NCBI GenBank assembly: GCA_032718475.1
Contig: JAUCBJ010006909.1
Span: forward strand, 1 to 37,494
DNA from: Nemertoderma westbladi
Lineage: Eukaryota; Animalia; Xenacoelomorpha
DNA: 37,494 nucleotides
Direction of reading: 5' to 3'
A program made the position numbers and the translations under genes. Numbering within the stretch: position 1 is the first letter of the stretch; every line of letters begins with the position of its first letter. Positions 1-11,737 of this stretch are shown piece by piece. The notes below the pieces were generated by a model, which saw nothing but the letters and a program-made list of their open reading frames with translations, was not told where the DNA came from and did no database searches.

Positions 1-253
1 GGTAGGCAAGGATACCGATGAAAAATTTCGCTCACTTCGCTTTTTCATTTCGCATTGTTAAAATGTATTTTACCATTTCACCATTGTATTGTAATACAGT
101 AAAGGGCCTACTGCCTACCGGCATTCTGGCTGACGGATTCTGACTGTTGTGAGATCTCAACAGGGTACCAAATCTAGCACAGGCACATATTTTAATTTAG
201 ATCTTACGGATCAGATACTGGCATTAGTATATACATATTCTATTTGTACATAA

Positions 254-1370
254 TTGTTCTATATGTTGATTCTGCGGAGAATTATACATCAATTGAAATT
301 GATTGAATCTGGTGTTAAAGAAAAGTATGTAATGATATCAATTAATACAGACGGTGTAGTTTCAGTGCACAAGTCGAAAAGGAGTCTGCTTGTGGCCCGT
401 TATGGCATGTGTATGTGTAATGAACTTACCATTGTATCTCCGCCGAAAATATGAGAATTTGCTACTATTTAGCTTATATCACGGGCTTGAAAAACATATT
501 GGATCTTTGCCAAAAAGCCGTTGAAAATATCCATTACCAAGTTTACTTATTATTTTTACTTGTTATAGTACAATCTTGTGATTACTGCTGAATGTTTCAG
601 TTAGTCAGAGGCCGATATTGATGACTCTAAAGTTTTGATTAACTTTTTTAGAATATCTATCCCCGGCACTTTTGGTGAAGCTTCACAATCTTTGTCACTA
701 CATGCTTTGTCTCATTTACCATTATCATGTATGGCTCTCTTCAGGCCTCATCTGCAGCTATGTTTGAAAGTGCATACCATCATTTGAAGTCGTTTGTATC
801 TGGAAATCGTAGTGAAGCTTCGATTATAATAAAACGTTTTTTTCATCAAAAGAAATTGTTACAAAATTCATGTGTAGTTCATCCATCTTCCGGACTTCGT
901 GCTATTTGGAAAGATAGTTTCTCCTAAAATACTCACTCTAGAAACGTGTCTAAATTTCAATATTGATATAAATGATATTGTAGGTTTAACTTTTCGGTTA
1001 TCAGTGGATAATAAAACGTATCATTCTTATAATTACGCAGTAGAAAAAATAAATTCAGCTTCATATTTGGCCGTCATAAAAAAGGAAGATAAGCTGATAT
1101 TTTTGAAAATAAAAAATATTATTTTACATTATAACCAGCAGTATTGTTGTTTGTGCACGGCTTATCAAGGTACCCCTGCTTTGGATACCCTTTGGATATC
1201 TAGTGCACCTCCAGCAGTTCAAGTTATACTACGTAAGAATTCTTGTGCGTATGTCTTAACAAGGGAAATATTTTAGTAAATTCATCTGATTTATTGCATA
1301 ATTTTATTGGTTTTTCGACTAAAAGTGTTTATTATGGTGTCCCGTGTATTGAAGACTATGAACACGATTA
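254..1370 (+). pseudogene. Degenerate CACTA/EnSpm-type transposase (frameshifted, with internal deletions)
   Basis: ISINTDGV..HKSKRS followed, after frameshifts, by WP..CNELP..R resembles the NTDG...KS...WP...NELP block of animal EnSpm transposases. HALSHL..YGSLQASSAAMFESAYHHLK (700-790) resembles their HxLxHL..GPL..SAFxFES block. Confidence 0.65.
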
Positions 1371-2059
1371 GAAAGGATGTTTTTGAATTTGTAATATTTA
1401 TATATATTGGATCTACTTTAACAATGCCCTCCTACCTCTTCTGATATATGTCGTATTTTTATATTATAATAGGATTTTTAGTACATTTGTTTATTAAATG
1501 TGTTGGTTGAGTTTTGAATACAAAAGTACAAACACAATAGTGTCATTTTTCTTTATTCCATTGAATTCAGAATCCCCATAAATCCGTATAAAGCGACAAA
1601 CAAGATGTTACAATCAATTCATCTATTGCATTGATTTTCAAAATGTAACCAAAATAAACAAACAAACTACGGGTAAGATGACATTGAAACATTGCTCAGG
1701 TGTAACGGATGAAGCTACACTACCTCGCCTTGCATTCGAGACTTAATCCCAGACCCCACTTCCCCGCCGTCAACCCACTGCAAATCGACCAGTATGGAGA
1801 CAGTCCCGCTGCTAATCTACCAGTTATGACTAATTATTACCTGAGGCTAATAAACTACATGTGAACTTTTTACTATTGTAAAAATTGTACTATTAATAAT
1901 AATAATAAAGTGGGTAAATTAAGGTAAAAAGGTTACATTACCCCCCCCCCCCCCCCCACCCCCTCCCTCCCTCCCAACAGCGCAACGGTTACTAAGGGAT
2001 TTTTAAGTTTCGTACATTTTCAGAATCGACTGCCAGTTCGGTGTAGGAGTCCAAGATAG

Positions 2060-2274
2060 ACCATTTAAAGTAACTTTTCAAATATTTGCAAGCCTGAATA
2101 AATTTTCCCAAGTAATTAACAAGTAACTTGGGATAACTACATTTAGCATTGCTTTCTAATATTGTCAAATTATGTAACTTGCTAATTTTAGCAAAATTTG
2201 CTAATTACGGTTCAAATGTCTGCTGAGTTTTTCCAAAAAGTATTTAACAAAATAGGCAAGTTTTGTCAACCGGG
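2060..2274 (+). mobile_element. Probable right terminus of the CACTA/EnSpm element
   Basis: Short repeated motifs (AAGTAACTT, GCAAG) end in ACCGGG at 2274. Animal EnSpm elements often have CCC...GGG ends. The left end is not in the window, so the TIR cannot be confirmed. Confidence 0.35.
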
Positions 2275-2899
2275 CTGGTGACCATCGACTCTGCTATGGT
2301 TCCAACCTGATTGTTATTAGTTAAATATAATTTCAACCAAATTATCTCTACTTATGCTGTTTTAATAATTCAAATACAAAAATCCGTCAATATTTAAACA
2401 CCAGTGTTCCCAAATGGGACATTAAAACGGCCCATAGACCAACAAAAATGTGTAAAAATGTATTCTGTTTGTAGTTTTAAACGTTTTTGGACAATACTTT
2501 TTATTTTTGTTTTCATGAAAATAATATATTGCATTTTCTGTGGTGCAGTGTTCCCAAATGTTTTTTTCCAGATAATTTTTTTACAAAGTTAAAGTTGACT
2601 CGAATTAAAAGTGTTTCGAAAATTCAACAGATTTGCTCATATTTAAAGAGGGTTGGGAAATATAATGTTTAAGGTACGACTATTTAGAGCAGCACTAAAA
2701 CCAGTACTCCTAAGTGGGAGTCCATGCTGCATCCCATAGACAATTGTTGTTGAACCGAGATAGTAAACGAGCCCTTTGTATGTGGATTTACAACAAACTT
2801 TGTGGTTTTAAATATTATATATTCCTGGTTAAACATAATTCGTGTATTTTATATCTTTTAATTGATTTAATATCCTCACTACCTATCATTATTTTAAAG

Positions 2900-3022
2900 A
2901 TGATGATGAATGTGCATTAAACACAGACAACTGTGATATAAATGCTGACTGTACCAATACTCCAGGCGGATTTATTTGCAGTTGCAACAATGGATATGCA
3001 GGAACTGGTGTATCATGTTCAG
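2900..3022 (+). CDS. Host gene exon: calcium-binding EGF domain
   Basis: AG/GT-bounded 123-nt phase 1-1 exon reading (D)DDECALNTDNCDINADCTNTPGGFICSCNNGYAGTGVSCS, which fits the cbEGF consensus with six Cys. Confidence 0.93.
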
Positions 3023-3258
3023 GTAATACATGGGGTCTACTTCAATGTAAATAATCGAATATACATATTCTGCAAATCTATTTATGTATAATGTTTCACT
3101 GCAGTGAATAAAGTGTATAATTAATTATTATTAATTACTTAGCTTTCCTGGTCACTAAGTCAATATAGTATAATTATTGTCTGTCCGAGAATGGAATATA
3201 TAAATATAATATTTGAAGCAAATTAATCTGTCTAACTAAGTTACAGTGTATTTTTAAT

Positions 3259-4280
3259 AATAGTGAAGGTGCTGGCTCAGGGTTAATATACAATACCCTT
3301 TCGCGGTAGCGAGTGGATAAAGACGGCCAAGTATACAGTAGTAATAAGATAAAGAACAGTGTCTGCAGATGATGGTATTGGCAGATAGGATTCCATGCTA
3401 AAGGTATATATCGGACATACAAGGTATCATTTCCAGGACTACCTTTTATCTGGGCCGCTAGCAGAATGGTTAGAGCTGGTTGGTTGGTCTACATTGAGTT
3501 CACCAGTTCGATCCCCAACTTTATTACCGACCTTGCTAAGCTGTACCCAACGAAAGTTATAATAATACTTGGAAATGGCAGTGGGAGAGCAACTTAACCT
3601 AGCAACCCACTTATTCGTCAACATACAACCGACTGGAATTTGAACAATGCACCATCCTTTACCTGTGTATTTCAGCTCCATAACAATGTAACACTTCCAT
3701 CCCATATTCTTACAAATGTTGACATCATTGTAATATAACTATCATGATGTGATCCATATTTGATGTTTAGCAAGGATTGTTGATCAGTCCAGATTGTAAC
3801 GCTCTGAGCTTGTGCTACCAACCTCTTTTCTGATGAGTCTAAGGGCAGTTTGTTCGATCACTGCACCCCCGTCACGCTCACTCATCAGTTATCATTCCAT
3901 ATTAATTATTTAAATCTAGTGGAACTTTAGCTTGTACAACAGCGATTATTACAAGCTTTACTTCGAATGCCCTCTGGCCTTCTACTGCCCAACCACATCC
4001 TCCTTTTCTGAATCTTGTCTGTAAGTGTAAACCAGTGACTAAAGGGAACAACAGGCCCTGCAGAAACACCGCCAGAAACTTGCTGGGTACTGATTCTGCA
4101 GGAACAAACTATAGACCCACAACCTTGTGTTGTCTAGCCTGCTGTTGAGAATAGACATGGCGTACAGCCTATTACTTTCCACGCGCCTGTTCCATGACAC
4201 CGGACTTCAGAATAGGGATGCACTTGGAAAGTGTATGACTTTCTGAAAGCTTACCCTCTGACAGTGTGAGCTAGGGGGCA
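3259..4280 (+). mobile_element. Degenerate, internally deleted LTR retroelement (Ty3/gypsy-like) with a tRNA-like segment in its LTR
   Basis: Region ~3318-3565 aligns with 11235-11478. It contains A-box TAGCAGAATGG and B-box AGTTCGATCC (3452-3515). It is followed by a PBS-like TGGAAATGGCAGTGGGA (3570-3586), eroded gag/integrase-like peptides (e.g. LLRMPSG ~3955-3980) and a purine run CTAGGGGGC at ~4271. Boundaries are approximate. Confidence 0.45.
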
Positions 4281-5038
4281 CACTATTTAGCTTGGTGGAC
4301 CAACACAAGCCAATCATCATTATCATCATAAAAAAACTGTAAAATCCAATATACACTAATAATTCAAAAAGTTGTATTTAATTAATGGGCCCAAGATTGT
4401 GATGTATAATATAGTTGAGTTGAGTTAAGGGAACTGTAGAAGCGTAATTTTGTTGATAAACTGTCAGCATTCTTCATCTTGATGCAGCTGCAATTCTGCA
4501 TGCCAATTCTAGATAGATAGATCTGAACATACTACTAGTATTGCTTATTTAATATCCAAACAGCTATGGGTATAAACACTGTGCTGAGAATATATATGAA
4601 GGTGTGGCGCCTCACAGAAAACAACTTTGGATGCTGTCTGCCTCCCATTGTTACATCAATAATGAGCATTATGGAGAGGTATCAGCCAAGCACGTAATGT
4701 ATGTATTGTATATGGACCGGTCCTCAACAAGAACTTAGAGAGAGAGCAAGATCTTTCCTCCTGAAGATGGAAGAACTTTGTTGGGATTATATGGTTTATA
4801 AAGAAAATACTAAAGATGATTCGGATTCTGAAGAAACATGCTAAATGATCTTAGATGAGCATTTTCTACTTTCAGCTTTCCATAAGGAAGTTGCAGTTGC
4901 TGCGAAAAAGAGCAGGAGTTTTATATTCAGATGTTATTCATTCAAAACGCGAATTTATTTAATAAAGAAAATGAATATTAAAACATGTAAATAATAATAC
5001 ATAATACATAACTACCAATCAAACTATTTCATTTTTAG

Positions 5039-5170
5039 ATATTGATGAGTGTTTAGATTCTTCAATTTGTTACTCTTCGTCATCCAGCTGCATAAACACA
5101 GTGGGCAGTTACTACTGTACGTGTGCCAGTGGATATTACAAAGATCCTGATAACCCCGACAACTGCAAAG
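5039..5170 (+). CDS. Host gene exon: calcium-binding EGF domain
   Basis: TTTTTAG/GTAAAA-bounded 132-nt phase 1-1 exon reading (D)IDECLDSSICYSSSSSCINTVGSYYCTCASGYYKDPDNPDNCK. Confidence 0.93.
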
Positions 5171-5767
5171 GTAAAATAAGCAAAACAAATCCGCACTACT
5201 TACAGTAGCTTGTATATAAAGGCCATATGTCATACTGTATTACGTACAGGCCGTGCCATTTACATGTATTTGAAATTATCAATGACCAAAATGTTTAATG
5301 TTTGTTTATCCTGAATTCAAGTAGGCCTAAACAACCATGAATGTCAGTGCAGTAGTATTGTTACTACCAAAGCAGTAGTTCCAGATAATTTTTAAATTTC
5401 ATTCTGTGTTAGTAGAGCTTTATTAGATATAATAGTATTAATATTAGTTTTATTGTTTCGTTATTAGAAAGGTATTAATAATTAACAGAAAATAAAAACA
5501 ATGAATAATTGGATGAATAACTATCAGCTCTAATTTGAAAGAAGTGTTAGAGAATATCTCGATTGCTATTGGGAGCGCTTTGAATCATAAACCTATATTT
5601 ATAGTCTCAGGCCTGAATTCTAACATCAGCAAACTTTCCATGAAAATTCCAATTCCAACTAGTTTTTACCGTTCAGCATTTTAAAAACAACTTCATGGAA
5701 ATACCCATCAAATCTATGTACATAGATTTGATGGTATCAATCACCCTATTGCTAGATGGTTAGGTCC

Positions 5768-6340
5768 TACTACTACTACTAGGATCGACATGCTGCATTG
5801 CAGCTGCATTTTTAAGAATGCTGTGCCGGCTTATCGACAAAATTGCATCGCCACAACTCTCTATCACCCATGACATTTGCTAGATCATCCGCATCTTCAA
5901 GGCCAGTGTCCTTTAAGATGCGTTTCAAGAAAGTCATGGGCTGTCCACCATGCTTATTCACTCCATGAGGCTGCCAAAGTACAAGATTATGCACTGGCTG
6001 GTCCTCACGGCAAAAGCAATGTCCTGCAAAGCGGAGGCGATTTTGTTCTATTGTCAAGCTTGGGGGAACCAATGAGACACCTCCAATGTTATATAGTGTC
6101 TGTTTGGAGATGTGTGCATTGTAATTGACACAATGAACCCGGCGTAGCATTCTTGTGAATGTGCCATCCAGAGATTTGGTGTCCTCAGCAGTTAGAGCCC
6201 AGCATGGACTCCCATAGAGGAGTACTGGAACTACTGCTGCTCTAAATAATCGGACCTTAAGTTTCCGATTAATTCTCAGTGACTTCCAAATCCTGGAAAC
6301 CCTATTCAAGGCTGCCCATGCCTTTCCCTTACGTATTCGT
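5768..6340 (-). mobile_element. 5'-truncated RTE-clade LINE (C-terminal part of the RT ORF)
   Basis: ORF 5812-6309 (IWKS...KVRLFRAAVVPVLLYGS..W...RLRFAGHC..R) is typical of the RTE C-terminus. A (TAG)n tail appears as TACTACTACTACTA at 5768-5781. Confidence 0.85.
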
Positions 6341-6719
6341 TAGGTCCTAGAATGTTAATGAGATCCTTATTCCTCTAATTTATCTTCCAAAACATACCCA
6401 ATATTTGTTATCATTCAGTTATGATAATGTTTTAATTTAAAACAAACATACATCTTTTGAGAGATGTCGGTTTTAGTGAGTGAAAAAAAATATATTGCTT
6501 ATTCTTGGCGATTATTTTACTACCGGTACTTAACATTCTATTCAAAATTATTTTTTGTGTATATTTTTTAGAAGACAAAATTAAAGTATAAAAGTAATAA
6601 TAATAGTAATAGTAATAAAGAACTACTATAGTAGCATCTACAATTTATGAATCAGATGTTTCTGTTGGGAAGAAGATAATTTAGATATTTTGAAATTAAC
6701 AAATAATTATTTTTTATAG

Positions 6720-6894
6720 CCATTGTTGCTGACTCATGTACTGCAAGTTCAGAGTTCAATCATTTGTTTCAATGCATTTATGCAATAGACAACAATGAGC
6801 TAACAGAATGGGCTATACGCGGAGGTAGCAAAGGAGTGGCGATAGGGAGTTACATCGACATTGTATTTGGTGCTGGTCCTAAAACTATATCCAG
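6720..6894 (+). CDS. Host gene exon: N-terminal part of an F5/8 type C (discoidin)-like domain
   Basis: Acceptor TTTTTATAG, phase 1, reading (A)IVADSCTASSEFNHLFQCIYAIDNNELTEWAIRGGSKGVAIGSYIDIVFGAGPKTIS. The ASS..AID..TEWA pattern matches discoidin-like domains. Donor is AG|GTTACA. Confidence 0.8.
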
Positions 6895-7307
6895 GTTACA
6901 CAAAAAATAATATACAATTTATTTATCACTGGGTACAATCTATATACTACATACTGTTAAGGGAGAGCTTCGACTATGATGCCAAAATGATAATTTCAAA
7001 CATCACAGGGCAGTGTTCTCTAGAAAATCATCCAACAGGTACTCATAATATGGAAAAGTTAGTTCTCTGTAAATGATCTGCTCACCTCCTAAACAGAAAA
7101 ATAACAGAGAACATATTAACAGCGAACTAAAATAGGACAATTAATTACTCACCTAATATGTGTTCTCTGATAAAACCCTCTGTTAGTGTTCTCTGTTAAG
7201 TTACCAGAATACATTAAAAGAGAACCAATTGCTCATCGCCCCTGGATGGACTGATACTCAAACCATATTTAATTACAAAGCAACAACATTTACAATTTTT
7301 TCTTCAG

Positions 7308-7421
7308 TATGGGTTACCAACAAAGAGTGTCTGGAGAATACAACAAACAAGTTACTATCAGATGCCAAACTGGGTTTATAGGAAACAAAGTTTCGCGGGT
7401 TGTTACTTTACGAAATACTGG
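7308..7421 (+). CDS. Host gene exon: middle of the discoidin-like domain
   Basis: Acceptor TTTTTCTTCAG, phase 2-2, reading (S)MGYQQRVSGEYNKQVTIRCQTGFIGNKVSRVVTLRNT(G). The phase fits both neighbouring exons. Confidence 0.75.
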
Positions 7422-7699
7422 GTTTGTATTGCATTTTATTTTTAATTAATCGTTTAAGATTTAAAATTGAGAGTAACATTAAATGACATACTCAACCAAC
7501 AAGTGTGGGTGTCAGTGTTTGATGTATGTATATGTTCAGAATATAAAATAACTTAAGTTCTAACTAACGAACTGAACGTCCATTCACAATCAAATGTAGT
7601 ATACACTGATCTATTTCCTATGTTGTAGGAAATGTACATTTTGTAACATTAGGTCAAACTTAGCAGGGCTCTGCCTGCATAATACCTCGTTAAGCTGAA

Positions 7700-8345
7700 G
7701 TACCCACTTTGCAGCATTGAATTGCTTCACAATTCAATGTCTCTTTACTCTGTCTCGGTAGCCACTCCTGACAACTTTCACAATTTGAAACCATTTGTGT
7801 AATATCATTGGTGGTGCCCAGTCAAAACACTCAAGATCGCACTCTCATTTGGTTGTGTCATACCTCAAAGGAATGCGTGCAAGCATTCTAGAACATTTCT
7901 ATGCATTAGTGCTGGGATTAGTAACAATTGTCCAAACAATACAAGTCCATTGTCAACTGATAAGTCATTCCTCATTGACTTCATTTGTTGTACTAAATGT
8001 ATTATATTTTATTAAACCCATCATGAATTTCAGAAACTAGTTCACAATAATTGGGATTTTTTACAGCATCATCTCATATTTTCTCTATGATAGGATGGGG
8101 AATATTATAATCAACCTATCAACTTTATCACATTCCTTGACTTGTGTAGTTGTAGCTGTCAATGTCCATGCAATGATGTAATTCATCTCATTGTCCTCAA
8201 ATCCATCTCATTGTCCTCAAAATCTGGGTCATTAACTTAATATATTTATCAGTCAGTGATTGTGTGGTCCTTGCTGGCCCCGCCACTCCAGCTGAAATTA
8301 ATATTGGGATGAGATGTTCTCTTTAATATTTTGAAGTTTCAAATT
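7700..8345 (-). pseudogene. Degenerate Ty3/gypsy pol fragment (end of RNase H to integrase Zn-binding domain)
   Basis: The minus strand gives KLQNIKENISSQY*FQLEWRASKDHTITD and VLECLHA...TTNDITQMVSNCESCQEWLPRQSKETL, with stops and frameshifts. Confidence 0.65.
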
Positions 8346-8830
8346 ATCGATCTGATAATCTATATGATATCTATAACTTACATATTGGAAATAATAGTAT
8401 GCGGTCTGTTATTAATGCTAGATAAAGTAAGCTACTATAAGTCCAGCTTGATAAAGGTGCTATCATTGTATACACCTGACTAGGGATCTGATAAAAAAAT
8501 AATATAAATAACAATAGTTGTTATAGATAACGGCATCAATAACGGAGGTGAAGTACTTTGCCCTTGGATTCCGATCAGAAACAATGTTGATAGGAGTGCG
8601 GGCATTGTGTGTATATTGTCCACCGCACCTGGGGTCAAACGCTTAGTTCGAACTAGGGTAGTTCATACTTCATACTATGGTAGCTTGAACTAGTGTGTAT
8701 GCTCAGTGTCTGACACTATAGTTTGAACTATAGCTTGCTTTGCTTAGCAAGCTCATTAGTCAGTCATTAGTTCAGTCAAATTTAAAAAAAGGCAGCTCTT
8801 CTGGTTTAAATGAGATGAATAACAACCAAC

Positions 8831-9621
8831 TACTACTACTACTAAGTCGAGTGAACTCGGACAGTGGAAATGAGATCCTTCCAGGCTTCCCAATTCTCCA
8901 TAGTTGTTGCAATTTCGTTTCTCCCAAGTTCAGTATCCCTTTCAAGTTGATCTATATATGTTATGGCCAGTTGTCCACGACTACACTTTCCATGAGTTGG
9001 TTGCCAGAAAAGTAGATCTGGTATGACCTCATCTTTACTTCGCCAGCAGTGCCCACTGAATCTTAATCTGCGTTCACGGAGGGTGGTTGATCCAGGTGGT
9101 ATTCTACCATAAAGCTCGGCGTTTGTCATGTGTTGTCTCCAGCTGTTGTCTCCAGCTGATGTTTAGGGCTGCCCTTAGTAGCCTTGTGTAGTAACCATCA
9201 ATTCGTTGTTCAAGTGATTTAGTCAGTGTCCAGGTCTCACCCCCGTATAAAAATACACTTTCCACTGTGGCTCGAAAGAACTTAGTCTTCAGGTACCTGG
9301 AGAGATCTAATTTCCAGATGGTATCCATTTTTGATAGAGCTACCCAAGCCTTTGCTTTCCTAACTTCTATGTCCTTTTTGCTACTCTCTATCCATGATCC
9401 TAGGTACTGGAAGTCGTCAACCTTCCTTAGTTGATTATTATCAATGGTTTTCAAGTTTCCATCAACATTAAAAGTCATGAATTCGGTCTTGGTAGCATTT
9501 ATATGCAATCCAACGTCCTTAGCAGCCCTCTCCACTTTATTTAGTAGAAGCTGTGCATCTGCTAGCGTATTAGAGAGCAGGGCGATGTCATCCGCAAAGT
9601 CGATGTCTGTGACTGTAGCTG
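8831..9621 (-). mobile_element. 5'-truncated RTE-clade LINE
   Basis: RT motif TDIDFADDIALL at ~9575-9612. ORFs 9104-9535 and 8842-9129 are one frame broken by a short duplication (TGTTGTCTCCAGC x2 near 9132-9157). A (TAG)n tail lies at 8831-8843. Confidence 0.88.
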
Positions 9622-9966
9622 TAAATCTTTGAATATTTTACCTATCCAAGCGCTCTACAAATATCAGGTATTAATATTTATGTATAATGTTTTAAAAGGT
9701 AATTGTCCAAGCGATTTAAAAAGGTTGTTTTCAAGAACTGACGCTGTCCATTCCCATATAACACGGTCGGCTAGCCAAAAAAATTTCTATATTCCATCAA
9801 ATCGTATTCTTGTATCTCAAAGATCACTAAAATATCAGTGTCCTTTTTTGTGGAATTTATTGCCTACTTCAATTAAAGAATGTCAATCATTAAACATATT
9901 TTCTGCTAAACTAAAAAAATATTTAATTAATGAACCGTAACTGCGGGGTCTATGTCTGGTGCTTTG
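9622..9966 (+). mobile_element. CR1/L2-group LINE 3' end, part 1 (ORF2 C-terminus)
   Basis: ORF 9629-9940 (LIFMYNVL..HSHITRS..SLKYQCPFLWNLLPTSIKECQSLNIFSAKLKKYL) is the typical CR1/L2 ORF2 tail. It is interrupted by the Sola2 insertion. Confidence 0.8.
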
Positions 9967-10735
9967 GGGCAATTCCACCATTGATGTAACACTTACGTCG
10001 AAAATAAAAAGTCATCTAATCAGCATAATTTTGGCATCAAAATGACGAGAAAGAATGAAATTTTCAATAAAAGTGACGGATTTTTAATATTTTTGAGGGT
10101 AACAACTGGTTTTTCATTATTCAATATGAGGAAATTTTTTAACATATTTTCAAATTTGTAGAAATTAATCCATGTCATTTTTTAACATAATCTTACTACC
10201 ATTGAAATTGTCGGAATAAGAAAGGTAAATACACCAACCGAAAATTAGACATTTATTAGAAGCTATTGATAATAAAGATTAGAATATTGACAGTATAGCA
10301 TTGCATAATCAAAATTTTAAAAAAATTAGATTTGGCCTACATAATTATGTGAGTCCGTAACGAAAAGCACTTAAAGTTTTAATTTGGAGTACACCCCGCA
10401 TGTGTATTGCACTGACAATCATTTTCCTTTGGGTTTACAGCCAATCCGATCCTTCCATTATGTCTCTGTGTTCTTTATTGCCGATGAAATGTGTAATAGC
10501 AGCGTTACGGACTCACATATTTTTCGTTACGGACTCACCATATGGAAGGTTAGGTATGAATCATTCTGCTTTGTAAACATTATTCACTATGTAAACTGAA
10601 AGTATTTACCTCGATTATACTCACATGTGCCCATCGACTCGACAGTCTGTCATATGACAATCAAACGTATTCATACATCACATGTAATGTGTTACTGTTG
10701 ACACTGACCGACATTCTGCATTGTGACTGTTAATA

Positions 10736-11118
10736 ATGGTTAAAACTCCCCTCTCTTGGGCCGAAAGGGCCAAACGTCATCCAACGGATTACAGAAGAGA
10801 AGAGGGAGGAACACAAGAATAGAGATAGGATACGGAAAAAGAAATATCGTGATTCTTTAGAAGGGTCTGCAAAGACTGCTTATCAAATTCGTCAACGTTG
10901 CCATACAGTGAATTGGCGGAGCAATAAAACATTATCAATCCCTCAAACACCTACCACATCGCCAGCCAAAGCTTTCCAATGCCGGCAGAGCTTAGGAAGG
11001 GCTATTTCCCGTGTAAAACGTGTTCTACCATTGAGTTCCCCCAAAAAGAAGGCTGTTATTCAACAGTTAGCTGAGGTTGCTGGTCTCATAACGAATGTTT
11101 CATGTGGGAATAGTCGAG
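10736..11118 (+). CDS. Sola2 transposase exon 1 (one frameshift near 10781)
   Basis: ATG 10736 reads MVKTPLSWAERAKRH. In the shifted frame it continues ...KAFQCRQSLGRAISRVKRVLPLSSPKKKAVIQQLA...GNSR. Donor G|GTAAGA at 11118/11119. Confidence 0.65.
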
Positions 11119-11205
11119 GTAAGATTAATTTAATACTTATTATTCATTAGATATTGTTATTAATGGGTCCTTCTTATTATTATTTATTATATTATAAGGA
11201 AGGAT

Positions 11206-11480
11206 TGTGATAGAGACAAGTATGTCAGGTATTAAAGACGGCCAAGTACAGCATAATTCGCACAGTGGCTGTCGATGAGATGATTGGTGGATGGGAGCTC
11301 ATGATGACGTAAATTGCGGACATGCAAGGAATCACGTAGTACTTCCAGGTCTACCTTTGACATGAGCCGCTGGTGGGATGGTTAGAGCGCCAGACTTCCA
11401 ACCTGGGGGTCAGCAGTTCGATCCTACGTCGGCATCATTGCCAAGTTTGAAAAGCAGTGTCCAATGAAGGTTGTAATGTA
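11206..11480 (+). mobile_element. Solo LTR-like repeat containing a tRNA-Gly(TCC)-like segment, inside the Sola2 intron
   Basis: Shares blocks with ~3318-3565 (AAAGACGGCCAAGTA, CGGACAT.CAAGG, TTCCAGG.CTACCTTT). Segment 11364-11436 has A/B boxes and an arm CCAGA-CTTCCAA-CCTGG. Confidence 0.55.
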
Positions 11481-11482
11481 TG

Positions 11483-11557
11483 GTACTGTATCTTAAAGTG
11501 CTACAAGATTACGCCATGGACCATGGCGTAATCTTGCAGCACTTTAAGATACAGTAC
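11483..11557. repeat. 75-bp near-perfect inverted repeat (hairpin, MITE-like)
   Basis: Two 37-bp arms around a single A at 11520, with one mismatch. Confidence 0.9.
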
Positions 11558-11737
11558 AAGGAACAGGCCTACATATTGTTATTACACTTACACATAGTAC
11601 CGCAATTACATTAATTGTATGATAAGCTTTCCTTATTTAATATACATTCCTAACTAGAGAAAATGTTATAATAACAATATAATAATAATAACAATAACAA
11701 TAATTATGAAATCGTATTCTATTCTACTGTATTTTAG

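Noticed and set aside
3828-3860. Hammerhead ribozyme core (CTGATGA followed by a short stem)
   Set aside because: The required GAAA after stem II is missing.
7006-7244. hAT-like MITE (CAGGG...CCCTG ends, AGAGAAC/GTTCTCT repeats)
   Set aside because: The TIR match is poor and there is no 8-bp TSD. It is probably an old repeat but cannot be classified.
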